In this document: piece by piece, positions 7,682 to 16,544 of the stretch
Numbering within the stretch: the stretch's first letter is position 1
Layout: every line of letters starts with the position of its first letter
Made by a program: the position numbers and the translations under genes
Virus record (IMG/VR): IMGVR_UViG_3300030372_003141
Coordinates: 1 to 37,275 of that record
DNA: 37,275 nucleotides
Direction: 5' to 3' (one strand)
DNA from: a virus
Lineage: Duplodnaviria; Caudoviricetes
The notes under the pieces: generated by a model
What the model was told of the DNA's origin: nothing
The model's input: the letters and a program-made list of their open reading frames with translations, nothing else
The model's database searches: none

Positions 7682-9079
7682 ATGGGAACATTTTATAGTC
7701 CAAATGCAGGGGTAGATGTACAAGGCGTAGATATTAATGACAATAGAAGAGTCTTTAATTTCGGCGACCGTGTAGCTGAATTAGCTCCTCAACAGTCTCC
7801 TTTCTTTGTATATCTTTCTAAAGTAGCGAAGAAGGCGACTGATGACCCTGTATTTAAGTTTTTGGAGCAAAGACACCAATGGCAAAGACGTAATTTTGCT
7901 ATAGAAACAGCAATGACTGGCACGGGTGGTGACGTGCATGAAGCCGTTGTAACCGATGGCGCATCGCCATTATCAGCATTTGGAGTTCAAGGAAATGATT
8001 TAGCACTTGATGTTGATTGCGGATATAACGAAACTGGTATAATTGAAGCAGGTCAACCTTGCAACTTTATCGTACCAGGTGCTGTTCTTGCTATAGTTGA
8101 TAGTACTGGAGCTGTGAGACGATTAAGACTTCATTCTGATTGTGTTATTACTCATTCAGCTTCTAAAACTACTATTAATCTATATACTCACTCAACTACA
8201 ACATGGCACGCAACTGCTATTGGAACATGGGCTGCATCTACGGTATTTAGTGATAATGCTAAAGGTCAAGTGATTGGTTCAGCATGGGGTGAAGGTACTA
8301 CTGCTCCTACAGGTTGGGAAGACCAAATGTTCGACAGAGAAGGATATTGTCAGATTTTTAAAACTGCAATGAATCTATTCTCTGGTACAGCTATGGCTAC
8401 TGGTTATAGAGGTATTAAAGACGAATATAAAAGAGTATGGTCTGAAAAGTTGATGGAACACAAGATGGATTTAGAGCAAGGCTTCTTATTTGGTGTTGGT
8501 AATTCTGGCACAGATGAGCAGCAAACTACAGGTGCTCCTGTTAGGGGTACATGGGGTATCTTGCCTTATACTGAAACTAATGGTAAAGTATATAATATGT
8601 CTTATGCTTCATCTGGATACGATGCTTTCTTAGATGCAATGGAAGATTTCTTTGCACCTGAAAGTGGAAATTCAGGAAATAAACTAGTACTTGCTTCAAG
8701 AAAAGTTATTACTTACTTGAATAAATTAGGTGCTGGTTCATTTATGAATAATTCAGTTGGTTCATCACAATACAACTTGGATGTTCAAAACATCAAAGGT
8801 GCTTTTGGTCATCAAGTTACTATGGTTAACACAATATTTGGTAATCTACATTTTGTAGCTGAACCTTTATTAAGAGGACCATGGGAAGACTATTGTGTAA
8901 TGGTAGACATGGGTAATGTAGCTTATCGACCATTGGTTGGTAACGGAATTAGCCGTGATACATTTATAGAAACTAATATACAAGCAAATGACGAAGATGG
9001 AAGACGTGACCAAATCATCACTGAGGCTGGTCTAGAAATATCGCTTCCTGAAACTCATGCTGTATTGAAGTTTAGTTAA
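7682..9079 (+). CDS. Major capsid protein (resembles the SU10/DUF5309-type HK97-fold family)
   Basis: Strong SD AAAGGAG; SPFFVYLSK, YCQIFKT, EHKMDLEQGFLFG, FGNLHFV and EAGLEISLPETHA motifs; position after the scaffold gene. Confidence 0.88.
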   Translation: MGTFYSPNAGVDVQGVDINDNRRVFNFGDRVAELAPQQSPFFVYLSKVAKKATDDPVFKFLEQRHQWQRRNFAIETAMTGTGGDVHEAVVTDGASPLSAFGVQGNDLALDVDCGYNETGIIEAGQPCNFIVPGAVLAIVDSTGAVRRLRLHSDCVITHSASKTTINLYTHSTTTWHATAIGTWAASTVFSDNAKGQVIGSAWGEGTTAPTGWEDQMFDREGYCQIFKTAMNLFSGTAMATGYRGIKDEYKRVWSEKLMEHKMDLEQGFLFGVGNSGTDEQQTTGAPVRGTWGILPYTETNGKVYNMSYASSGYDAFLDAMEDFFAPESGNSGNKLVLASRKVITYLNKLGAGSFMNNSVGSSQYNLDVQNIKGAFGHQVTMVNTIFGNLHFVAEPLLRGPWEDYCVMVDMGNVAYRPLVGNGISRDTFIETNIQANDEDGRRDQIITEAGLEISLPETHAVLKFS

Positions 9080-9090
9080 GGGGGTATATA

Positions 9091-9567
9091 ATGGCTTGGA
9101 CTGAAACAAATGAAGGTCGGCTTATTAATAATACCGAAACTAAAGCCTTGGCTGGTGCAAGCGCTGTAACAACCTCGTGGTTAAAAGTTCCAAAAGGGGC
9201 TTTAATTACAGCTGCTATTAAATCAGCTCATACAGATGATGTTAGTGTAACTATTGATGTTATCGGTGCAAAATCATCAACTCCTGCCGTTAATGGCGCT
9301 GAGGGAGGACTTGATTTTACATCTTTAACTCATGTTGCAGAAGATATCATGACTGATATAATTGTTATAAGTGAAGATGAAGCAGGTTCTGATGATGCTC
9401 CTGACACTGCAACAGTTACTTTAGGCGACTTAGGGTACGATTACGTTCAATTTAAACAAACTGCAAGTGGAGCTTCTACTGCAAATGTTGTTTATGACGT
9501 ATGGTACACATTGGCTAAGCAAGATTATCTTGTTAAAACTAATGGTGTCGGTGCTGACCCATCTTAA
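9091..9567 (+). CDS. Putative capsid decoration / auxiliary head protein
   Basis: Directly after the capsid gene and before a strong terminator, implying high expression; Ala/Thr/Asp-rich beta-type sequence. Confidence 0.55.
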   Translation: MAWTETNEGRLINNTETKALAGASAVTTSWLKVPKGALITAAIKSAHTDDVSVTIDVIGAKSSTPAVNGAEGGLDFTSLTHVAEDIMTDIIVISEDEAGSDDAPDTATVTLGDLGYDYVQFKQTASGASTANVVYDVWYTLAKQDYLVKTNGVGADPS

Positions 9568-9581
9568 CGTTAGCTAGTTAC

Positions 9582-9617
9582 GTAATGGGGAGCTTCGGCT
9601 CCCTATTACTATATTTT
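9582..9617 (+). terminator. Rho-independent terminator with UUCG tetraloop
   Basis: GTAATGGGGAGC-TTCG-GCTCCCTATTAC 12-bp stem with one G:U pair, followed by TATATTTT. Confidence 0.85.
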
Positions 9618-9628
9618 AAGGAGAAATT

Positions 9629-10105
9629 ATGGCAATACAAGGTAGTAAATGGAGCACTAAAGCTGACTTAGGTCTTGATATTGAAGCGTTAGGCAAAATT
9701 GATGTTCCTGGAGATAATAAATTAAATGTAAACATGGGACATTTCTGCTATTTTGAAGGTTTAGCAGATACGACTAAACATGCAACATTACCTTTTGATT
9801 TTCCAATCATGGGGGATTTAACTATTATAGCAAATCCTACTGGAGTTAATTTAGATGCTGCATTAACAATTGATATGACTATGGAAGGTTCTATTGGCGG
9901 TTCTGGAGCACCTGATGCTTGGACATGGATAGAACTTGCTGATAAAACAAAAATGATACAAGATAGTGATGGTACTATAGATGAAGCAGGACAAGTCGGA
10001 GTATATGATTATGATACATACGGAAGAATGCCTCATATGAGATTAACTATTCAAGGGAATACTAATTGTGATAGTACATATTTAATAGCAGTGGTACCTC
10101 AATAA
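9629..10105 (+). CDS. Putative virion structural protein (beta-sandwich-like)
   Basis: SD AAGGAG; acidic; MEGS...W...HMRLTI pattern resembling its neighbours. Confidence 0.55.
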   Translation: MAIQGSKWSTKADLGLDIEALGKIDVPGDNKLNVNMGHFCYFEGLADTTKHATLPFDFPIMGDLTIIANPTGVNLDAALTIDMTMEGSIGGSGAPDAWTWIELADKTKMIQDSDGTIDEAGQVGVYDYDTYGRMPHMRLTIQGNTNCDSTYLIAVVPQ

Positions 10106-10106
10106 A

Positions 10107-11093
10107 ATGGCTAATTTAAGTGGATTTCCATATTGTACGCCTTGGAAAAATTATCGTTACCCTGTAACTTTAATTGCAGATGAGCATATTGAGTTTACTG
10201 AAAAAACTGGTCATTTTGACCAGCCAGATGGATATGTAAGTACTCCTAGCGTATATTTAGATGCAGATTATGCTTTAAATTATCCTGATATTGCTTATAA
10301 ATTTATTTTTGAAAAAACTGGAACAGGTGCGGGCACTAAGTATAAATGTAAAGGCAGGCATTACCCAATGGCATTTTATGACGGTAATGCTGGAACTAGA
10401 GGTGAAAATATTAGTGTTGATACTGTAGTGCCTGGTTGGTTTGCATTGGGTAGTATTGATACTGTGGAGTATCTTACTGCAGTTAATAGTCTTTCTCCAG
10501 GAAACATTCTTCCATATACAGATAAATTTGGTAATAAAAGAAGTTTGCATCCGATGGGTCCTGGTGTCTATGTATCGTTTCCTGATTCTGGATTCTTTCC
10601 AGGTCCAGCAATAAGCAATAATGATACAATTGCATTTAAAATTAAATCAACAGCATTAGATGGCGTTCCTAAAATTATAGATGGAACTTATACATCATAT
10701 TTCCAACAACCTGTTACAGGTGGGGATACTGTAGTTACAGAACCTATTCCATTTTCTACTAATCGTTCATTTTATTTAAGTATTAATCATGAACCAAGAA
10801 CACAATGGAAACGAGCTTTAGTAGGCGCAAATTGGGGGCATACAGTTTGGATAGAGGTTAGTGAAGATGGTGAAAATTGGATGAAAAAAGGGAGCCCATT
10901 TATTGATGATTTTGAATTTGCTCAAGGAACTTATCCAAATCAAGCAGGTTTTGGGGCAGCTCATGATGCAAGGAATCCGTCAAATGCATTAGATGCTAAA
11001 AAAGTAAGATTAAAACATGAATATGTAACAGGCGGAAGCGTTCAGACATTGCATCCGACACAATTTATAAAACAAACTATAACACCGTATTAA
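10107..11093 (+). CDS. Putative virion structural protein
   Basis: 328-aa ORF in the head-tail region; C-terminal EVSEDGENW...KVRLK beta-sandwich-like motif. Confidence 0.55.
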   Translation: MANLSGFPYCTPWKNYRYPVTLIADEHIEFTEKTGHFDQPDGYVSTPSVYLDADYALNYPDIAYKFIFEKTGTGAGTKYKCKGRHYPMAFYDGNAGTRGENISVDTVVPGWFALGSIDTVEYLTAVNSLSPGNILPYTDKFGNKRSLHPMGPGVYVSFPDSGFFPGPAISNNDTIAFKIKSTALDGVPKIIDGTYTSYFQQPVTGGDTVVTEPIPFSTNRSFYLSINHEPRTQWKRALVGANWGHTVWIEVSEDGENWMKKGSPFIDDFEFAQGTYPNQAGFGAAHDARNPSNALDAKKVRLKHEYVTGGSVQTLHPTQFIKQTITPY

Positions 11094-11106
11094 TAAGGAG
11101 ACGATA

Positions 11107-11214
11107 ATGTCTATATATAAAAGAAAAAAAGCAACAAGTAAGAAAAGGTCACGAAAAGGCGCAGTAGCTAAAACTAAAGGTAAATCTTTAGGTAGGAAAA
11201 GAGGACGTAGATAG
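11107..11214 (+). CDS. Protamine-like basic microprotein (35 aa, MSIYKRKKATSKKRSRKGAVAKTKGKSLGRKRGRR), not in ORF track
   Basis: SD TAAGGAG (11094-11100); ATG 11107; TAG 11212-11214; 17 of 35 residues K/R, none acidic. Confidence 0.8.
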   Translation: MSIYKRKKATSKKRSRKGAVAKTKGKSLGRKRGRR

Positions 11215-11327
11215 TGAGTAGCCCTAAAAAGGTTTTCTCTAGTAGTATTGGGCGACCATTTCAGTCGTCCATTAAACCTGATAGTAGACGTAAATTAAAT
11301 TTAAAATCTAAAAAAGGTAAGAAGTAA
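11214..11327 (+). CDS. Basic microprotein (37 aa, MSSPKKVFSSSIGRPFQSSIKPDSRRKLNLKSKKGKK), not in ORF track
   Basis: GTG start overlaps the previous TAG (TAGTG); GAGGA upstream; TAA overlaps the next ATG (TAATG at 11325-11329). Confidence 0.7.
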   Translation: MSSPKKVFSSSIGRPFQSSIKPDSRRKLNLKSKKGKK

Positions 11328-12475
11328 TGGCGAATATTACTAATCCAAATGTTGTTAATTTAAAAACAAGGTTAGAAGACTTGTCAGGAACATTATATCC
11401 AACAGATGATAGTGCTGTTGGACAATGGCTTTTAGATGGATGTTACGATGTTATTGGAAAGATTGCATCAAAGCCTGGAGAAATAGACTTATTTACTGTG
11501 AAAAGTGGGGCACATAGTTCAGCTATGGCAATTACATTGGATGAGATTATTGATATTATTAAGGTAGAAAGAGGAGGAGTTCCTTGTAGAAGAATCGATT
11601 CTGGAATGCGAGAAAAGATATCTAATAATGCATCTATGTACTATATTGACCCTGCTGATGATAATGACCCTGTATTTTATATACATGACGGGTCATTAGT
11701 TGTTAAGCCAGACCCTAGTGGCGGCAAACAAGGCTTTTATTATTATATACCTGATTATACTATTACTAATTGGGATACAGGAGGAACTACAACAATTGCA
11801 GATTTTCCTAAAAAATACTATAATCACATTTGTTATTATGCGGCAATTAAAATAGTTAATCGTAAGATGCTTGACTATTGGAATGAATTGCCTGATTCTA
11901 TTTATATCCCAGCATTGCCTGAAATGCCAGATAAACCTGGCAATCCACCAGAATTGTTTATGCAATCTTATGATGTTCCAGATATACCAGAATTTTCGTT
12001 TCCAGGCCTTTCTTTAGATTTGGGAAATATTGTCCCTGGAGCTCGTTACTATTTAGAGGATGAAGAAGATATAGAACTTTTAGGTGGAGCTATGCAAATA
12101 CTTGAAAAAGAAGTTACTATATTTGACAAAGAAATGGACAAAGCTGTTAAAGAATATGACAGGCAAAAAGAAAAATGGGATAAAGATGTACAGGCAGTTA
12201 TTGATAATTCAAAATCTGAAGATGAATTTTTAAATAAACAAATTCAAGACTATAATAACGAATTGACTCTTTATACTCATAACTTAACAGCATTTAATGC
12301 CGAAATAAGCAAATTCACTAATAAAATTAGTGGTTTAGAAAAAATATTTAATCAAGATTTTCAAAAAATTAAACAAAAATATGATTGGGCTCAAGGTTAT
12401 AAAATGCAATTGGAAAAATCCTATATGGAATTGTTTGGGTTTAAACCAAGTGCCCCACAACAAGGAGGGCAATAA
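11327..12475 (+). CDS. Head-tail adaptor / tail ring protein with C-terminal coiled-coil extension
   Basis: N-terminal helix pair (LKTRLEDL...QWLLDGCYDV), PVFYI...LVVKPDP and FPKKYYNHICYYAA pattern like podoviral adaptor rings; helical C-terminal half. Confidence 0.55.
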   Translation: MANITNPNVVNLKTRLEDLSGTLYPTDDSAVGQWLLDGCYDVIGKIASKPGEIDLFTVKSGAHSSAMAITLDEIIDIIKVERGGVPCRRIDSGMREKISNNASMYYIDPADDNDPVFYIHDGSLVVKPDPSGGKQGFYYYIPDYTITNWDTGGTTTIADFPKKYYNHICYYAAIKIVNRKMLDYWNELPDSIYIPALPEMPDKPGNPPELFMQSYDVPDIPEFSFPGLSLDLGNIVPGARYYLEDEEDIELLGGAMQILEKEVTIFDKEMDKAVKEYDRQKEKWDKDVQAVIDNSKSEDEFLNKQIQDYNNELTLYTHNLTAFNAEISKFTNKISGLEKIFNQDFQKIKQKYDWAQGYKMQLEKSYMELFGFKPSAPQQGGQ

Positions 12476-12972
12476 TGGCCGCAAATAAAGGAGTAGTACA
12501 CTGCTCTGCAACAGTATTGCCTGATAACATGAAGAAAGATGTATCAGGTGTTGCTTCGTATGATTTAAATGATATAGGTGATAATAATAGGTGGATATAC
12601 TATTTAAATAGTGTGCCTACAACCAGCGAAACTGCAATACCTGACGGTGTTTCATATCTTTCAAACGATGCTGGTGACATTAGTCAGGTTAAAGTGATGG
12701 ATTCATCTGCAGATAAAGTATCTTTTATTGTTTTAAAACATACAGGATATCAGGGTGATGGCGTTACTAAAACAGCTGCAAATACAGTTATTTATTTTAA
12801 TATTGAGTCTGGACAAGCTGCGGATAATGCTGCTGATAATATGATTTTATATCCAGGTGAAGTATGGTGGTGCAGATTAACAAACAACAATGAAATGGAT
12901 GACATCACATTAGAAGCATCAGCAGGGACAGTAAATGTTGAAGTTTATGCTTGTGTGGATGATGCTTCTTAA
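12475..12972 (+). CDS. Putative virion structural protein
   Basis: TAATG coupling; acidic beta-rich sequence; LYPGE and VNVEVYAC resemble 779-1243. Confidence 0.55.
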   Translation: MAANKGVVHCSATVLPDNMKKDVSGVASYDLNDIGDNNRWIYYLNSVPTTSETAIPDGVSYLSNDAGDISQVKVMDSSADKVSFIVLKHTGYQGDGVTKTAANTVIYFNIESGQAADNAADNMILYPGEVWWCRLTNNNEMDDITLEASAGTVNVEVYACVDDAS

Positions 12973-12974
12973 TA

Positions 12975-14351
12975 ATGGCTACTTTAAATAATACTCAAAT
13001 ATCTACTACTTATCTAGGATTGTTAAAAACTTCAGACAATGGAGATTTAACAGGCAATACTGATGCTAGTGCGGTTAATGTTACCGATGGTGTTGGTACA
13101 GCTACAAATCTATATATAAGTACAAATAGAGTAGGTATTGGAGATAGTACTCCTACTTCTATATTGTCAGTTCAAACTACCAGTTTGCCTCAATTAGCTC
13201 TTAAATACGATAATTCAAATACCGCCTCGTTATCTGTTACTTCTGGTGGAATTTTACAGCTTGATAGTTCAGGTGGTGAAGTTAAAATTTTAGACACTGT
13301 ACGGTTAACTGGCTATAGTGGCGGAACTGGCGGTGGAATAATAAATGCAACAGGCCAGGCAATACTAAGCTTTAGCGGAGTAAATCAAGAGTTGGTCTTA
13401 GGGGGTGCTGTAACTTCTCCTGCTACTGTAAAAGGAGAAGGCTTAAATATATCAGATGATGCTATTTTTAGTGCTACTACTGGAAGTTTTGGAAGCAATG
13501 GTAATGGTTATGAGCTATTTTTATATAGTGATACGTCTAATAGGTATGTTCAGTGGGTAGATGCTAATGCACGATTGCAATTTAAAGATAATACTGAATT
13601 AACATTAGGCGATGGAAATGATTTAACTGTAGTACATAATGGTTCTAAAACAACTATTACTAATACTACTGGTGATTTAGATATAGATACTGGTACAAGT
13701 GATTTAGATATTAAAGCTGGCCATATATTCTTAGAAACCGCAAACGGCGATAGTAAAGGTTTTGAATTTAGAGAGGCTGGAGGAGCGGAAAAAGGTGGAA
13801 TGAGGCTTGTAGATTCTGCTGTTAGCGAGGCTGGCGATATATTAGAGCTTGGAACTGTATCTGATTTAAATACATTGCGTATAAGAGATGGCAGAATTGG
13901 TATAAAGACAGGTACTCCAACAGCTACTTTACATATTAATGGAACTACAAAATTTAGCGGGCCTATAATGGTAGAAAAAGATAGTGTAGAGATTTCAGGA
14001 GGTGTGCTCAATATAACATCTACCCAAGGGCCATACATTGCCGCCATTGCACAGCAAGGAGTTGGGTCTGATGATGCTGATACTATTACACATATTAAAG
14101 TAGATGGGAATGAACCAACAATTGGGACTATAATATACTTAACTAGAAGTCATAATGATGTTATCACTTTAACTTTAGGTGGAAGTGCCGCATCTACTAT
14201 AGTAGGATATTGGGCTGATGACGTAGATGAGACTGTTCAAGCAGGCGTTACTGCTGTATTGGACGGTGCTTATGTTTTTGCTCAATTAATATATACAGAA
14301 GCAAATAGATGGAGCATTATGAATCCAGGTGCTTGCAAGATGACTGTTTAA
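12975..14351 (+). CDS. Tail fibre / spike-like protein
   Basis: Gly/Thr/Ser/Asp-rich; two copies of a fibre-type repeat (RVGIGDSTPTSILSV and RIGIKTGTPTATLHING). Confidence 0.7.
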   Translation: MATLNNTQISTTYLGLLKTSDNGDLTGNTDASAVNVTDGVGTATNLYISTNRVGIGDSTPTSILSVQTTSLPQLALKYDNSNTASLSVTSGGILQLDSSGGEVKILDTVRLTGYSGGTGGGIINATGQAILSFSGVNQELVLGGAVTSPATVKGEGLNISDDAIFSATTGSFGSNGNGYELFLYSDTSNRYVQWVDANARLQFKDNTELTLGDGNDLTVVHNGSKTTITNTTGDLDIDTGTSDLDIKAGHIFLETANGDSKGFEFREAGGAEKGGMRLVDSAVSEAGDILELGTVSDLNTLRIRDGRIGIKTGTPTATLHINGTTKFSGPIMVEKDSVEISGGVLNITSTQGPYIAAIAQQGVGSDDADTITHIKVDGNEPTIGTIIYLTRSHNDVITLTLGGSAASTIVGYWADDVDETVQAGVTAVLDGAYVFAQLIYTEANRWSIMNPGACKMTV

Positions 14352-14533
14352 TGAAGATGAAAGTAAAAGATAAAAAAAATAAGATAAGTATTATTGATGA
14401 GACAATTGAAAATTTAAAACCTCAATTGAAAGAATATACAGAAAAAGCTGAATATTTTAATATTATGAAATTGAAAGCCGAAGGAGCTTTAGAAGTTCTT
14501 TTGCAAATAAAAACTGCTAAGGAAGAAAAATGA
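14351..14533 (+). CDS. Small coiled-coil protein (60 aa), possible fibre chaperone
   Basis: Start re-assigned to ATG 14351 (TAATG overlap); ends in an ATGA overlap; KLKAEGALEVL helix; follows the fibre gene. Confidence 0.6.
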   Translation: MKMKVKDKKNKISIIDETIENLKPQLKEYTEKAEYFNIMKLKAEGALEVLLQIKTAKEEK

Positions 14534-15192
14534 CGCAATTAGAATTAATTGAAATAGTTCAACAACATCACCCTACAATGGGAACCGTAGAAATTAGGCG
14601 TGGTTTAAATCGTGCTCAAAATGATTTTTGTGCTCGTACTGAATTGATTAAAAAAACATATCGTCAAATGACTGCCGCAGGTCAGCGCTATTATTCGCTT
14701 GATAGTGATATTTTAAGAATACTAAAAGTGCAATTAGACGACATTATAATCCCTCGATTAATAGGTGACCCTATTATTGATGATGACGAATGGGATGGGG
14801 ACGATGGAAGAGTTGATGCTGGTGCAGGTTCGAATGATTGGTATTGGTATATAAGTAATGATAGAATAGGGGTTGTTGAAAAAGGAAGTATTACAGTAAG
14901 TAATAAGACGTCAAATTACATATCTATCTCTACTTCAAAAGAATTAAGATTATTTACTATTTCTCAAGCGACAGATTTTGGTACCGCCTTAACACAAACA
15001 TCTGATTTGCCAGTGCAATTTAGAGAAGGTTTAGCTTATAAAGTTATAGCAGATGGATATTTAAGAGGGGAAGTTAATCCTCAAGTGCATCAATTATTTA
15101 TGCAAAAATATGAAATGATGGTTAAAGATGCCAAAAAATATGCTAGGTCTAATAGAACTTATACTGGAATGATAAGTCCACAGGATTTTTAA
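14530..15192 (+). CDS. Head-tail adaptor / tail ring protein
   Basis: MTQLELIEIV...LNRAQNDFC...AGQRYYSL...LPVQFREGLAYKVIADGY pattern typical of dodecameric adaptor rings (P22 gp4/T7 gp11-like position and layout). Confidence 0.65.
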   Translation: MTQLELIEIVQQHHPTMGTVEIRRGLNRAQNDFCARTELIKKTYRQMTAAGQRYYSLDSDILRILKVQLDDIIIPRLIGDPIIDDDEWDGDDGRVDAGAGSNDWYWYISNDRIGVVEKGSITVSNKTSNYISISTSKELRLFTISQATDFGTALTQTSDLPVQFREGLAYKVIADGYLRGEVNPQVHQLFMQKYEMMVKDAKKYARSNRTYTGMISPQDF

Positions 15193-15689
15193 TGGGATTC
15201 GTTAAAGAATATATATCAAAAACCAATAACACAATACAGTGGACAGGCAATGTTACTGGAAGTGATAATGGTATAGCTACTAATAGCGATGGTGCTGTAT
15301 TTGGATACCCTGGGTTAACAGTTATGACATTGCATCAAACACCGTCATCTGAATATATGCAGCCAGGTGCTGTAGTAACTATTACTAATTCTCCTAAATT
15401 AAATGGAAGCTGGGTAATTAGATTACAAGGGTTATTCTCTGATAGTACTTATTTACTTAATAAACCATTTGTTGAGACTACAGAAGAAGAGAAAGATGCA
15501 GCGTTTTGGACAGGAACTGGTATTGTAGATTTAGCAGTAGAATCTAAAGAAGCGTCTGGATTAAATGTAGAATCAAATATTATTACAAGCGCAGCTTTAT
15601 CATCTTCTTGGAACGGTACAAGTATGAAGTTTAATAATACTGCATTGTGGAATACAGATTATGGAAATGTTTTAAGAAAGGAAAGTTAA
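15192..15689 (+). CDS. Hypothetical, probably virion-associated protein
   Basis: TAATG overlaps at both ends; Thr/Ser/Gly/Asn-rich. Confidence 0.55.
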   Translation: MGFVKEYISKTNNTIQWTGNVTGSDNGIATNSDGAVFGYPGLTVMTLHQTPSSEYMQPGAVVTITNSPKLNGSWVIRLQGLFSDSTYLLNKPFVETTEEEKDAAFWTGTGIVDLAVESKEASGLNVESNIITSAALSSSWNGTSMKFNNTALWNTDYGNVLRKES

Positions 15690-15856
15690 TGAGTGAATTA
15701 GACACATTAAAAACATTAGGAGTAGGTGCAGGTGGAATGGGAGTAACATGGATAGAATGGTTGCCTCCAATGGTAAGGGTTGCTGTAGGGATAGTAACTT
15801 TTGTATATATCTGCTTAAAAGCGTATAAATTAACGCAAGAAATACAATGGAGATAA
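15689..15856 (+). CDS. Small membrane protein, holin-like (55 aa)
   Basis: Start re-assigned to ATG 15689 (TAATG); hydrophobic helix VRVAVGIVTFVYICLKAY followed by basic residues. Confidence 0.6.
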   Translation: MSELDTLKTLGVGAGGMGVTWIEWLPPMVRVAVGIVTFVYICLKAYKLTQEIQWR

Positions 15857-15857
15857 A

Positions 15858-16043
15858 ATGGATAAATTAATGATTGTATTAAAGAAAATGGCTGTAAAGA
15901 TGGTTTTAGGGCAAAAAGACAAAATAATAGAAGGATTAAATAAGAAATTAGATGTACCTTTTATGTCAGAAGCTGATGAAAAAGAGCTATTAGAAGGGCT
16001 GTGGAGCACTATAGAAGATGCTGTAAATGAGGCCGCTAAGTAA
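15858..16043 (+). CDS. Hypothetical protein (61 aa)
   Basis: SD GGAG; amphipathic helical sequence; coupled to the next gene by TAATG. Confidence 0.7.
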   Translation: MDKLMIVLKKMAVKMVLGQKDKIIEGLNKKLDVPFMSEADEKELLEGLWSTIEDAVNEAAK

Positions 16044-16213
16044 TGATACCTGGATTGATTATAAAACAAGTTCTTAAACTTGCTTTAAAAGGTGCAATAT
16101 CAGAAAAGGTAATCAAAGCTTTAGTTATAAAGCTAGTAGAGGTTTTGGTAAAATCAACTAAAAACGATTTGGATGATAAAGCATGGAAAGAAATAAAGAA
16201 AATACTGAAATAG
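16043..16213 (+). CDS. Small amphipathic protein (56 aa, MIPGLIIKQVLKLALKGAISEKVIKALVIKLVEVLVKSTKNDLDDKAWKEIKKILK), not in ORF track
   Basis: TAATG overlap with the upstream gene; open to TAG 16211-16213; LVKSTxNxLDD resembles a small-protein motif I recall from aquatic phages. Confidence 0.75.
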   Translation: MIPGLIIKQVLKLALKGAISEKVIKALVIKLVEVLVKSTKNDLDDKAWKEIKKILK

Positions 16214-16530
16214 AAAAAAGGGTTGCAACTATATTTAACTTAACATCGTTAATTAGTGACCCTAAGCTTGTACTAGAGGCATTAGGTTTAGTGAGCTCTA
16301 AGGTGTATAAAACGGTTCCAAAACAATGCTCTATATGTAAGCATAAGTATTTTGCAGAAGTTTCTTTATTAGGTGTATCACCAAAATCTTTATTGTGGGA
16401 ATGTCTAGATTGCAAAGCTATGTTTCTTAAATATAGCAAAGCGTGGGTTGTAAAGCAATTTGCGCATATCGAAGATATATGGACAAACTTGTCCGACTGG
16501 GAAGTCCCAGATAAAAATGATTTTAATTAG
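16183..16530 (+). CDS. Zinc-ribbon protein
   Basis: Two CxxC pairs (CSIC and CLDC); start uncertain because it overlaps the upstream gene by 31 nt. Confidence 0.6.
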   Translation: MERNKENTEIEKRVATIFNLTSLISDPKLVLEALGLVSSKVYKTVPKQCSICKHKYFAEVSLLGVSPKSLLWECLDCKAMFLKYSKAWVVKQFAHIEDIWTNLSDWEVPDKNDFN

Positions 16531-16544
16531 GAGTTTTTTAACAT

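Noticed and set aside
9060-9095. Programmed frameshift or readthrough fusing the capsid to the downstream protein
   Set aside because: No convincing slippery heptamer; the downstream gene is in another frame and has its own SD-like AAGGGGG and ATG.
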